A DNA stretch of 64,000 nucleotides from Acidobacteria bacterium RIFCSPLOWO2_02_FULL_65_29 (lineage in GTDB: Bacteria > Acidobacteriota > Vicinamibacteria > Vicinamibacterales > CAVVIG01), in the NCBI GenBank assembly GCA_001767435.1, contig MEKT01000036.1, positions 11,391-75,390 of the forward strand. Direction: 5' to 3'. Positions 53,221 to 62,655 of this stretch are shown here, one piece after another. The position numbers were made by a program, and so were the translations under genes. How positions within the stretch are numbered: position 1 is the stretch's first letter; each line of letters begins with the position of its first letter. The notes beneath the pieces are model-generated. The model did not search any database. It saw only the letters and a program-made list of their open reading frames with translations, and was not told the origin of the DNA.

Positions 53221-54329
53221 AGCGCTCTGCATGGTTCCTGGTCTGTGTCGTCGCGCTGTGCGTGAGCGCCGCCACGCTGGTGGGCCAGAGCAACACTCCC
53301 TCCTTGGAGACGACGAAAGTGGTTGCGCAGGCGCTCGAGAAGACCGTCACGATCCCTGGAGACCTCACGCCCTATCAGGGCGTGAACCTCAATGCCAGAG
53401 TGTCTGGCTTCGTGGAATCGCTCGCCGTCGATCGCGGATCCTGGGTGACACGAGGCCAGCCTCTCGCCAAGATCTCGGCTCCGGAACTGCGCGCTCAGCA
53501 CGCTGAGGCAGAGGCGAAGCTGCAGGCGGTTCGTTCCCAGGAAGCGGAAGCGCAAGCCAAAACGGTAGCGGCGCAGAGCATGTACGATCACCTCAAGGCC
53601 GCCAGCGCCACGCCTGGTGTCGTCGCCGGAAACGACCTCGAGATTGCGGAGCACGGCCTCGAGGCAGCGCGCGCTCACGTCAACGCGCTGAAGAGCAGCG
53701 GCGGAGCCGCGGACGCGGCCGTCCAAGCGGTGGCGCAGATGGAGACCTATCTGGAGCTGAGCGCCCCGTTTGACGGCGTGATCACCGAGCGGAACGTGCA
53801 TCCGGGTAGCTTGGTGGGCCCGTCAACCGGTCCCCTGCTGAGGATCGAGCAGGTGTCGCGGCTGCGGCTGACGGTCCCCGTGCCCGAGACGTACGTGGGC
53901 ACCATCACCAGGGGCACGAAAGTGGAGTTCCGCGTGTCGGCCTTTCCCGATCAGACCTTTCTGGGTGTCATCGCCCGCCCGGCTCACACACTGGACGTGA
54001 AAACGCGAAGCATGCTCGTGGAGCTGGATGTCAGCAACCCGAAGCAGATGCTGGCGCCTGGCATGTTCGCCGAGGTGCAGTGGCCGGTCTCACGGGCGCA
54101 GGCCAGCCTTTTCGTGCCGAGAACCGCAGTCGTGCGCACGTCGGAGCGCCAGTTCGTGGTGAGGGTGCGGAACGGCATGGCGGAATGGGTGGACGTCAGG
54201 CGCGGCGAGACGAACGGCGACGTGATCGAGGTCTTCGGCGATCTTCGGGAAGGTGACATCGTCATCCGGCGAGGGAATGATGAAATCCGCCCGGGAACGA
54301 AGATCGCTCCGCCCGTCGCCAAAGGCTAG
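53217..54329 (+). CDS. RND efflux periplasmic adaptor (MFP/HlyD family)
   Basis: Signal peptide, a coiled-coil hairpin ([20 protein letters not shown]) and lipoyl/beta-barrel motifs. The ATG overlaps the RND stop. Confidence 0.85.
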   Translation: MKRSAWFLVCVVALCVSAATLVGQSNTPSLETTKVVAQALEKTVTIPGDLTPYQGVNLNARVSGFVESLAVDRGSWVTRGQPLAKISAPELRAQHAEAEAKLQAVRSQEAEAQAKTVAAQSMYDHLKAASATPGVVAGNDLEIAEHGLEAARAHVNALKSSGGAADAAVQAVAQMETYLELSAPFDGVITERNVHPGSLVGPSTGPLLRIEQVSRLRLTVPVPETYVGTITRGTKVEFRVSAFPDQTFLGVIARPAHTLDVKTRSMLVELDVSNPKQMLAPGMFAEVQWPVSRAQASLFVPRTAVVRTSERQFVVRVRNGMAEWVDVRRGETNGDVIEVFGDLREGDIVIRRGNDEIRPGTKIAPPVAKG

Positions 54330-57300
54330 CTACACGGACGCGCAGGTCGCCAGCGGGCCTTCAACCCAACAACGAGCGAGTAGAACGTCGGCAGCGCCAG
54401 CAATGTGAACAGCGTGGACGTGACCAACCCGCCAATCATCACGATGGCCAAGGGCCGTTCGAGCTCGCCACCCTGTCCGGCCAAGAGGACCAGCGGCAGC
54501 AGTCCCAACATCGCGCAACTCGCGGTCATCAGCTTCGGCCGTACTCGGCCGATGCTCGCTTGCCGGAGGGCATCCTCAAACGGCAGCCCTTCCTGCAGCA
54601 GGGCACGCGTTTGCGCGATCAGGACGAGACCGTTCTGGACGGCGATCCCGAATAGGCCAATGAAACCCACCGCCGACGACACGTTGAGGGTTTCGCCGGT
54701 CAGCAAGAGTGCGAGGATGCCCCCGACGAACGCGTCAGGCAGCGTCAGCAGGATCACCGAGACCTCCGCGAGCGAGCCGAGCGCCATGAGGAGCAACACG
54801 AACACGAGGGCCACGGCAAGCGCGATCGCCAAGGTGAGCGCTTCGAACGCGCGCTCCTGCTGTTCGAACTGGCCGCCGAAATTGATGTAGTAGCTGCTCG
54901 GCAGCTGCACGTGCGCGGCCATGCGGTCCTGCAGCTCTCGCACCGTGGAGCCAAGATCACGATCGCCGACGCTGGCTTCAACGGCGATCCGCCGCACAAC
55001 GTTTTCGCGCCGGATGATGCTCGGGCCGCTGCGCCGATCGATGCGGGCCACCTGTTCGAGGGGGACGAGCTGGCCCGTCGCCGACATCAGCGGCAATGCG
55101 GCAATCTGGGCGATATCCGTGCGGAACGGCTCCGCCTGACGTACGTGGATCCCGTAGTTGCGCTGTCCTTCCCAGAACTCGGACACGACCTCCCCGCCCA
55201 GGGCGACGCGAACGCCTTCCGCGACTTCGCCCGCAGTCAAGCCAAGACGCGCGGCCGCGACTCGATCGATTCGCACCTGCAGCTGTGGAACGCCGCTCGC
55301 CTGCTCAACGCGCAGGTCCGTGACGCCGTCCACTTCCGTCGCAATCCCAGCAATCTGCCGCGCGATTCGCGCGAGCTCGTTCAGGTCGGGACCGAAGACG
55401 CGGATGCTCAGCTCGGCTGGCGTGCCTCCCAGGCCCTCGTCGATGCGCATACCCAGCGGCGTCGTGAATAGCGCGGCGATCCCAGGCACCTCCTCGAGCG
55501 CCTCTCGGATCTCGTCCGCGACCGCGTCGGTCTCCCCGCGTTCGTTCGCCGGCTTCAGCTGCACGAGCACGTCGCTGAGGACGTGGGGCATCGGATCTTC
55601 GGTCTCCTCCGAACGTCCGGTGCGACGTGATACGGATGCGACGCCTGCTACTGCGGCGATCACTTCCTCGGCCTGGAGATTGGCCTTGTCCACCTGCTCG
55701 AGCGAGGCGTCGCCTGGCAATACGGTCTGGATCAGCAGCGCGCCTTCGTCCAGTTCCGGCATGAATTCGGTGCCGACGTACATGAGCGCCAGAAACGCCG
55801 GAATCGTGATCGCGAGCGCCACTCCACGGACCAGCCACGCATGACGGAAGGCCCAGCCGAGAGACGGAACGTAGACACGTTTGATGCCGCGAATGACGGC
55901 GACGTCCGATTCCTCTGCGCCCTCGTCGCTCGACTTCAGCCACCACCCGCACAACATGGGCACGAGTGTCAACGAGAGGATCAGCGATGCGCCCATCGCG
56001 CTCACCACCGTCAGCGCCAACGGGCGATACAGACGGCCTTCAATGCCCGTCATGAGAAACAACGGCAGGAATACGGCCATGATGATCGCCGTCGCGAAGG
56101 CAATCGGGCGACCCACTTCGATGGCGCCCTGCAGCACACGGGCGCCCCGCTCGCCAGTGCCGGTCCTGAGACGGTGATGAATGTTCTCCGTCATGATGAT
56201 CGCGGCGTCCACGAGGATGCCCACCGCAATGGCGAGACCTCCAAGGGTCATCGTGTTGATGCCTGCCCCGAACCATCGCATCGCAATTCCGGCGAGCACG
56301 ACCGACAGCGGTAACGTGACGGTCACGATGAGGGCGGAGCGGGCGTCGCCCAGCAGGACGAAGAGGACCACCACAACGAGCACCGCGCCGACAAGAATGG
56401 CGCGCTGGACGCTGCCGAGTGCGTGTTCGATCAGCTCGGATTGGTCATACACAGTGCGAACACGTACGCCAGCGGGCAGCGTGTTCTGGGCGTCTTCCAG
56501 CGCCGCGCGCACCGCCCGCGTCACGTCAACGGTATCTGCCCCGACTTGCTTGATCACGCGTGAGCTGACGACTTCACGTCCGCCGGCGCGTGCGAGACCT
56601 CGGCGAACCGCGCCGCCTTGGACCACCTCGGCCACGTCGGTGACAGTCACCGGCGTCCCGTGCCGGACTGTAATGACCGAGCGCCTCAGATCCTCGAGGG
56701 ATTCAATGCGGCCCAGGCTCCGAACGGTGAGCTCGGTCTCGCCCATTGACACCACTCCGCCCGGCGCGTTCTCGTTGCTGGCCCGCACCGCGGCGACCAC
56801 TTCGTCCAGGCCGATGCCAAGCGCGCGCATGCGGTTCGAATCGAGCTGCACTTGATACTGCCGCAGCATGCCCCCGAGGCGCTCGACGCTGGCGACGCCA
56901 GGGACCGCCAGAATGCGATATCGCAGATCGAATTCGGCGATGTCGCGGAGCTGCATGGGATCGACGTCGCCTTCGACGAGATATTCGAACACTTCGTTGA
57001 GCCGATTCGTCAAACTCGACACCAAAGGGGGGCGTGTGCCTTCTGGCAGTTGGGGAAGGACCTGAGCGAGGCGTTCCGTGACCAGTTGCCGTGCTCGCCA
57101 ATAGTCGACGTCACTCTCGAACTCCACCGTGACTTGAGAGACGCCCTGCTGCGTGACCGATCGGATGCGGCGAACGCCAGGCAGTCCGTTCAGGGAGCTT
57201 TCGAGCGGCAGCGTGACCGCGAGCTCGAGCTCCTCGGGCGCCATCGCTGGATTCTGCGTGATGACGTTGAAGACCGGGACCGTGAGATCCGGGAACACGT

Positions 57301-57409
57301 CGGTTGAGAGCTGTCGGTACGCGAAGACACCGGCTCCGAGTGCGATCAGCAAACAGAAAAAGACCAGCGTGCCACTGGCAAGCGCAGAGCGGATGATGCG
57401 ATTAATCAC
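54326..57409 (-). CDS. czcA: CusA/CzcA-family heavy-metal efflux RND permease
   Basis: MINRIIRSALASGTLVFF...DVFPDLTVPVFNVITQNPAMAPEELE is the HME-RND N-terminus. 1027 aa. Confidence 0.9.
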   Translation of the reverse strand: MINRIIRSALASGTLVFFCLLIALGAGVFAYRQLSTDVFPDLTVPVFNVITQNPAMAPEELELAVTLPLESSLNGLPGVRRIRSVTQQGVSQVTVEFESDVDYWRARQLVTERLAQVLPQLPEGTRPPLVSSLTNRLNEVFEYLVEGDVDPMQLRDIAEFDLRYRILAVPGVASVERLGGMLRQYQVQLDSNRMRALGIGLDEVVAAVRASNENAPGGVVSMGETELTVRSLGRIESLEDLRRSVITVRHGTPVTVTDVAEVVQGGAVRRGLARAGGREVVSSRVIKQVGADTVDVTRAVRAALEDAQNTLPAGVRVRTVYDQSELIEHALGSVQRAILVGAVLVVVVLFVLLGDARSALIVTVTLPLSVVLAGIAMRWFGAGINTMTLGGLAIAVGILVDAAIIMTENIHHRLRTGTGERGARVLQGAIEVGRPIAFATAIIMAVFLPLFLMTGIEGRLYRPLALTVVSAMGASLILSLTLVPMLCGWWLKSSDEGAEESDVAVIRGIKRVYVPSLGWAFRHAWLVRGVALAITIPAFLALMYVGTEFMPELDEGALLIQTVLPGDASLEQVDKANLQAEEVIAAVAGVASVSRRTGRSEETEDPMPHVLSDVLVQLKPANERGETDAVADEIREALEEVPGIAALFTTPLGMRIDEGLGGTPAELSIRVFGPDLNELARIARQIAGIATEVDGVTDLRVEQASGVPQLQVRIDRVAAARLGLTAGEVAEGVRVALGGEVVSEFWEGQRNYGIHVRQAEPFRTDIAQIAALPLMSATGQLVPLEQVARIDRRSGPSIIRRENVVRRIAVEASVGDRDLGSTVRELQDRMAAHVQLPSSYYINFGGQFEQQERAFEALTLAIALAVALVFVLLLMALGSLAEVSVILLTLPDAFVGGILALLLTGETLNVSSAVGFIGLFGIAVQNGLVLIAQTRALLQEGLPFEDALRQASIGRVRPKLMTASCAMLGLLPLVLLAGQGGELERPLAIVMIGGLVTSTLFTLLALPTFYSLVVGLKARWRPARPCS

Positions 57410-57419
57410 GGCTGTGCTC

Positions 57420-58664
57420 CTAATGCGGATCCGCGACGGCGCCGCGCAGAGCTTGCGCCTTCAATGTGAATGCTCCCTGGACCACGATGCGATCGCCGGC
57501 CTCGAGGCCCGCAAGTATCTCGACCTCGCTGCCGTAGCTCGAGCCAAGCGTGACGGGTTGGGGTGTGAACTGACGCTCTCCGGTGGGCACGAACACCACG
57601 CTGGCTTGGTTGAGCTCCTGCACGGCCGCACGGGGCACCAGGACGAGGGCTTCACCACTGGAGGACGGTGGCCGATTGGGCAGGTCGAACCGGGCACTGG
57701 CCGAGGCACCGGGGCGGAGCTCGCCGTTCCTGTTGGGCACCTGCACGCGAACATCGACGGACCGCGTCTCCGGTGCGACGATCGGCGCGATGTAATCGAC
57801 CCGACCTTCGACTGGCCGGTCGGGCATGCCGCCCACGACGACGCTCACCGTCTGACCCCGGCGGATCGCCGCGACGCTGGTTTCCGGAACGCGCACCGTC
57901 AGCCAAAGAGCGCTGAGGTCCGCGATGGTGAACAACACACTGTCAGGGCCGACGGGTGCGTCGGCGGCAGCCGTGCGCTCGATGACGGTGCCATCGATCG
58001 GGCTGGTCACCGTGACAACGGGATCGGTGCCGTGCGTGCTTTCACTTGGAGCGCTGAATCCCTTCGCGGCGAGGCGCGCCTCGGCTGCGCGCACGGCTGC
58101 CTCGGCGCTCGCGAAGGCCGCTTCCGCTTCGAGCACCTCACGCTGTGCAGAGACTTTTCGTTCGAAGAGCTCTCGCTCACGGGCCAACGATCGCCGAGCG
58201 AGGAGCTCAGCCGATCGAGCACTGTCGAGCGCCGCGGCTGCTTCCGCCGCTTCCGGGCTCCGGATTGTCGCCAGCGGCTGGCCCGCTCGCACGTAGGCGC
58301 CGAGCGGCACAATCAGTTGTGCAATGCGCCCGGCCACTCTCGGACCCACTCGAGCGATGCGATCCGCGTTCGGCTGCAGTTCGGCCGGGGCGACAATTAC
58401 CTGTCCCGATGTACGTGCACCGATGGATTCAACACGAATATCGGCTCGCTTCATCGCTTCTGGAGAGAGTTCCACGACGCCGGCTTCCTCGCGGTGCTCG
58501 CCCTGCCCGCCTTCGGGTTCATGCTCCGCATTCGCGGCGGCGCCTTCGGGCTTCCCGGGAGAATTCCCGCCGTCGCATCCGACGAGCATCAGCGTGAGCC
58601 CGAAGGCGAGGCTGCAGACGTATTCGGGGACATATTCGGGTCGGACCCATCGTGAACTGATCAT
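57420..58664 (-). CDS. czcB: heavy-metal efflux periplasmic adaptor (CzcB/CusB-like), lipoprotein
   Basis: LMLVGC lipobox, a coiled-coil and MFP beta-barrel motifs. RBS aggaga upstream of ATG 58664. Confidence 0.8.
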   Translation of the reverse strand: MISSRWVRPEYVPEYVCSLAFGLTLMLVGCDGGNSPGKPEGAAANAEHEPEGGQGEHREEAGVVELSPEAMKRADIRVESIGARTSGQVIVAPAELQPNADRIARVGPRVAGRIAQLIVPLGAYVRAGQPLATIRSPEAAEAAAALDSARSAELLARRSLARERELFERKVSAQREVLEAEAAFASAEAAVRAAEARLAAKGFSAPSESTHGTDPVVTVTSPIDGTVIERTAAADAPVGPDSVLFTIADLSALWLTVRVPETSVAAIRRGQTVSVVVGGMPDRPVEGRVDYIAPIVAPETRSVDVRVQVPNRNGELRPGASASARFDLPNRPPSSSGEALVLVPRAAVQELNQASVVFVPTGERQFTPQPVTLGSSYGSEVEILAGLEAGDRIVVQGAFTLKAQALRGAVADPH

Positions 58665-58688
58665 CGTTTCTTCTCCTGTGACGACGGA

Positions 58689-59918
58689 TCAACGGATCAC
58701 GCCTGCGACGGCGCGAACCTCAACCCCCGCCAGAGTCGACTCCAACTGCGCGTCGAGCGCTTCCCGCCTCGCGGCAAAGCCCTCCCGGCGGATGACGAGC
58801 AACTCCAGCAATCCAATCTTCCCGGCCTGATAACTTTCGCGCGTGAGTTGTTCGTTCTCCTCGACCAGCGGGACCGCAGTGGACGCAATCGCCTCCGCGG
58901 CTTGGGCCGCGATCCTGTACCTCGCATGCGCGCCACGGAGACGCGCCTCCAGCGCGACACGTCTGGCGTCCAACGCGGTTTTCAATTCCGCGATCCGGGC
59001 AGATGCCGCTGCGAGTGCGCCGGTCTGCCGCCGAAACAGCGGCAGCGTCAAGCCGAACCGCGCACCAGTGACGGGCTCGCCTTCCTCTCGGCGAAACCCG
59101 ACGCCCCCGAACAGGTCGGGTGTTCGAGCCGAGCGAACCAGCCGCAACTCAGCCTCCGCCTGCCCGAGATTGGCGGTCACTGCGCGGATGTCCGGTCGGT
59201 CGGGCAGGCGGGACAGCAGAACCTCGACCGCCGGAACGTCCGCCGCGCGAAGCGCCGTCTGGACGATCACCGGTTCCTGCGCGGGCAGAGCCAAGACTTC
59301 GCGCAATTCCGCGACGGTGCCTTCCAAGCGCGAGGCCGCCGCCAGTTGCTCTCGACGGGCGCGAGCGAGCTCGACCCGTGCGACGTTGACGTCGAGAACA
59401 GCCGTTTCTCCGGCCTCGTATCGCGCCTGGGCCGCCCGTACCGCTTCTTCCGCGAGGCCAAGCGCCTCGTCCGTCACACGGCGAATCTCTTGAGCGTGAG
59501 CAGCGCGATAGAACGCGGACAGAGCGATCGTTTGTGCCTGAAGGACTGTCGCGCCGACCTCAAACGTCCGCTGCGTCACGCCGGCGGTCGCGGCAGCCAC
59601 TCGATGGCCGCGCTGGCCGCCGATCTCAAAACGCTGCAGGAACGAGTACTCCTGTTCGAGAGACCGGCCGGCGAGGGACGTGTCGCGTGAACCAACGAAG
59701 ACATCCACTTCGGGATTGCTCGGCAACCGGATCCGCGCCGTGGTCAGGGCGCCTTCGGCTTGCGCGGTGCGTGTGCTCGCGATCAAGACATCCGGATTCT
59801 GGCGCTCCGCAAGATCGAGCACTCGATCGATCGTCAGCACTGTCTGCGATTCTGCAGCCACCGCGCAGCACAGCAGCGCAAGCGGCGCCGCACACGCGGT
59901 ACGTCGAAACATATGCAC
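58689..59918 (-). CDS. czcC: TolC/CzcC-family outer membrane factor
   Basis: Signal peptide. LTIDRVLDLAERQNPDVL and duplicated helical repeats. First gene of the czcCBA-type order. Confidence 0.8.
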   Translation of the reverse strand: MHMFRRTACAAPLALLCCAVAAESQTVLTIDRVLDLAERQNPDVLIASTRTAQAEGALTTARIRLPSNPEVDVFVGSRDTSLAGRSLEQEYSFLQRFEIGGQRGHRVAAATAGVTQRTFEVGATVLQAQTIALSAFYRAAHAQEIRRVTDEALGLAEEAVRAAQARYEAGETAVLDVNVARVELARARREQLAAASRLEGTVAELREVLALPAQEPVIVQTALRAADVPAVEVLLSRLPDRPDIRAVTANLGQAEAELRLVRSARTPDLFGGVGFRREEGEPVTGARFGLTLPLFRRQTGALAAASARIAELKTALDARRVALEARLRGAHARYRIAAQAAEAIASTAVPLVEENEQLTRESYQAGKIGLLELLVIRREGFAARREALDAQLESTLAGVEVRAVAGVIR

Positions 59919-59990
59919 TCCTCAGGACGGCCAGTCGGAACCGACTCGGCCGGTTACGCTATCGGTTGTCAGGGAAAGCGAACGTCGAGC

Positions 59991-60284
59991 TCAAACGTAC
60001 CGCGGAGGGTGATCGAGCGTGAGCGGAGATCCAACAAGCAGCCACGCGACGGTGGCAGCGGAAATGATGGATACGTCTGCGAGCGGTTCGAGGGACAAGT
60101 GCATCACTGAGGCTTCGACACCTAGCACGCACAGGACACACGTGTGGGCCTCACCGTGTGGAACCGACTCTGTCGAGACTGGTTCGTCGCTGCTGTCAGT
60201 GCACCCGTCCGGGCAGCAGAACGTGTCCGCGCTGACGAGCAGGGTGAAGCCGGCGAGCGTGACGGCTGCGATGAACCGCAACAC
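59991..60284 (-). CDS. small secreted or membrane-anchored Cys/His-rich protein upstream of czcC
   Basis: 97 aa, GTG start. Hydrophobic N-terminus, then FCCPDGC and HGEAHTCVLC clusters. Lies 72 nt upstream of czcC. Confidence 0.45.
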   Translation of the reverse strand: MLRFIAAVTLAGFTLLVSADTFCCPDGCTDSSDEPVSTESVPHGEAHTCVLCVLGVEASVMHLSLEPLADVSIISAATVAWLLVGSPLTLDHPPRYV

Positions 60285-60476
60285 TCGTTCAGCATAGCAT
60301 CAACCCCGCCCGCAAACAGCGACCGGACATCGCACGCCTGCAGACGGTCACGACGGGGCGATCGAGTGGGAGTGACGCATCGGCGAGCGCGCCAGGCCGT
60401 CCCGCTCGCAACGCTTCGTACGTGTTGAGGTGCACGCTTCCGGGAATGGCCCATTGGGCGCGCCCTCCGACATGCT

Positions 60477-61634
60477 TCACAGCTTCGTGTAGAGCCACGA
60501 CTTCTCGACCCACACCTTGCCGAGATGCCAACGCCAGCTTGGTTGATGCAACGTCACCGCCGGCTTCGGCTCGGCATAGAAATCGCCGCCACCGAAACCA
60601 GCCTTGCCGCCGCCGGTTTCGATGAAGCATTCACCGTGGCCGTCGAAGCGCGCGGGCTGGACCTGGCCCGCGATGGCCTGTGCGATGTTCTCCGCCACCA
60701 CCTCGGCCTCCCTGTGAGCGAAGACACCGGCCTTCGGCAGCGGCTTCCCCAGCGCCAACGGGATCGAGACGACGTCGCCGATCGCGTAGACGTTGGGCCA
60801 CCGCGTCTGCAGCGTGTGGCGATCCACGGACATCCACCCGCTTTCACCGGTCAAGCCGCTGTCGCGAATCACCGCCGGTGCGCGGTGAGGCGGCACGTAT
60901 GCGAGCAGGTCGAAGGCGACCTGGGCGCCGTTCGCAAACGTGAGTCGCTTCCCGTCGGCGTCCACGGCTGTTACTTGATGATCCGGGTGGTAGGGGATGC
61001 CTTTCGCGGCGAGCAACTGCGTTACCGCGCTCGAAACGTGGGGACCCGCCACACCCATCGGCGCCGGCTCGGCGGCATAGACGTCGATCTGTACAGCGTC
61101 GCGCAGCCCCTGCTTGCGGTACCAGCCATCGATGAGCATCGCGCCTTCGTACGGCGCCGCCGGACATTTGTAGGCCGGCGCAGCGGTGAGCACGACGATG
61201 CGACCGGACCGCAGATGCTCGAGAGCGGTCCAGAGCGACCGGGCACCACTGCACGCGTAGAAGTTGTGGCCCGCCTGGGCGAGGCCAGGAATCGATTCCG
61301 GGGCCAACTCGGCACCCAGCGTGATCACCAGGTAGTCGGCGGGGACTGCCTGGCCTGCAACGGTCACAATCCGCCGTTCAGGGTCGATGTGCTCGACGTT
61401 GCCGATGCGGACGTCGATGCCTTTCCGCGCCAGGCGTGCCAGTGGACGCGTAATTGCGTCAGCCGTGCGCTGCCCGACCATGAGCCACAACAGCGACGGC
61501 GCGAACACGTGATCGCGCTCGCGATCAATCAGCACGACCCGGTGCGCTTTCGGCAGGCGCTTCCGGAGCGCCCGCGCGGTTGAAACACCGCCGACGCCGC
61601 CACCGAGAATGAGAATGGTTTTCGAGTCAGCCAC
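60477..61634 (-). CDS. sqr: sulfide:quinone oxidoreductase (FAD-dependent)
   Basis: ILILGGGVGGV FAD loop, APAYKCPAAPYE and GHGECFIETG Cys motifs, and AIGDV. GTG 61634 has RBS aggag 4 nt upstream. The track's N-terminal extension is the out-of-frame dsrE tail. Confidence 0.8.
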   Translation of the reverse strand: MADSKTILILGGGVGGVSTARALRKRLPKAHRVVLIDRERDHVFAPSLLWLMVGQRTADAITRPLARLARKGIDVRIGNVEHIDPERRIVTVAGQAVPADYLVITLGAELAPESIPGLAQAGHNFYACSGARSLWTALEHLRSGRIVVLTAAPAYKCPAAPYEGAMLIDGWYRKQGLRDAVQIDVYAAEPAPMGVAGPHVSSAVTQLLAAKGIPYHPDHQVTAVDADGKRLTFANGAQVAFDLLAYVPPHRAPAVIRDSGLTGESGWMSVDRHTLQTRWPNVYAIGDVVSIPLALGKPLPKAGVFAHREAEVVAENIAQAIAGQVQPARFDGHGECFIETGGGKAGFGGGDFYAEPKPAVTLHQPSWRWHLGKVWVEKSWLYTKL

Positions 61635-61651
61635 AGGCTCCTGATCCTTCG

Positions 61652-62004
61652 CTAGAACACCAGCGTGCGATCCGCCCACTGCACCCAATTGGTGAGATCT
61701 TCGAGCGAGCTCCGATGCGTGGTGTCCGTCAGCTCGGCGTCTGTAATGCCTCTTGCGTCCATGCACGTGGCGCAGACGCCAATCTCGCCCCCGTGCCGCC
61801 CGACGTTGCGCACCATGACTTCCGTGTTGTAGTACCCCTGCGGACCTTCTGATCCTTCTTCGCGCAGCTCGCCACGTCGCCGATGAGGAAGAGTCTTACG
61901 TCCTCGCCGTCGCGCTTGGACAACGAACCCGCGAGGCGAAGCGCGTTGTAGCTGCGCTCCGTGCCGTACGGGGGATCGTTCAGAATGAAAAGCGTCTTCG
62001 GCAT
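61652..62004 (-). pseudogene. DsrE/DsrF-family sulfur-relay protein interrupted by a 1-nt frameshift
   Basis: Frame 1 reads MPKTLFILNDPPYGTERSYNALRLAGSL...GDVASCAKKDQKV. After about 61842-61846 the family sequence continues in another frame (PQGYYNTEVMVRNVGRHGGEIGVCATCMDARGITDAELTDTTHRSSLEDLTNWVQWADRTLVF*). The span is 353 nt, which is 3n+2. Confidence 0.65.
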
Positions 62005-62017
62005 AGACAGCCTCGAA

Positions 62018-62611
62018 TCAGGGAGTCACGACGGGCGCCTGCAACCACGTGCCGTTCTGCTCCACCCAGTTGAAACGAGGTACCCCATCCTGTTTATGCA
62101 CGATCACGTCGGTTGGCGTCAGTCCGGTGCTCTCCGGTCGCATGAAGACATCGACATCGTACGTGTGGCCATCACGCCCCTTGAAATCGGCACACGCAAA
62201 GTACCGTCCATCTGCAAGCTTGCTCAGACGTTCGCGATGCACGGTCATCAGCGTCAACCCGAGCGAGGTCTGTTGGTCCGGGTCGTGCACGGGGAACACA
62301 CCACCCTGCCGAGCGGTTTCGGCCTGCACGTAAATCGTGATGGTCTGCGCCAGCGACTCCGTCGTCACCTGGGTCAAGTGGGCGAGCTCGGGATGCTCGT
62401 CCGGATCAAATCGATCACTTCCAGGGGCAGGCGTTGCACCTGCGAGCGCGTTCGGATTCGCGGAGCGTTCGCTGGACTGCGACACGGTCTGATCGGGAGC
62501 AGGCACACGCTGTTCGGGAGCCGGTGACGAGCCCCCACACGCCGCGAGAGGAACCACTGACAGGATGGTCACCAACACCAACGACGAATGAGCAACGGTC
62601 GAACAACGCAT
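62018..62611 (-). CDS. hypothetical lipoprotein
   Basis: MRCSTVAHSSLVLVTILSVVPLAACGG has a lipobox (LAAC). A Pro/Ser-rich linker precedes a globular domain of about 130 aa. RBS ggaga lies 5 nt before ATG 62611. Confidence 0.55.
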   Translation of the reverse strand: MRCSTVAHSSLVLVTILSVVPLAACGGSSPAPEQRVPAPDQTVSQSSERSANPNALAGATPAPGSDRFDPDEHPELAHLTQVTTESLAQTITIYVQAETARQGGVFPVHDPDQQTSLGLTLMTVHRERLSKLADGRYFACADFKGRDGHTYDVDVFMRPESTGLTPTDVIVHKQDGVPRFNWVEQNGTWLQAPVVTP

Positions 62612-62655
62612 GGATGTCTCCATAAGGAATTGAGTTCGTTGGTCGGGATGGTCGA

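Noticed and set aside
61842-61846. Programmed ribosomal frameshifting in the DsrE gene
   Set aside because: There is no slippery X-XXY-YYZ heptamer, no homopolymer run and no downstream pseudoknot-like structure at the shift site. Simple indel inactivation or a sequencing error is more parsimonious.
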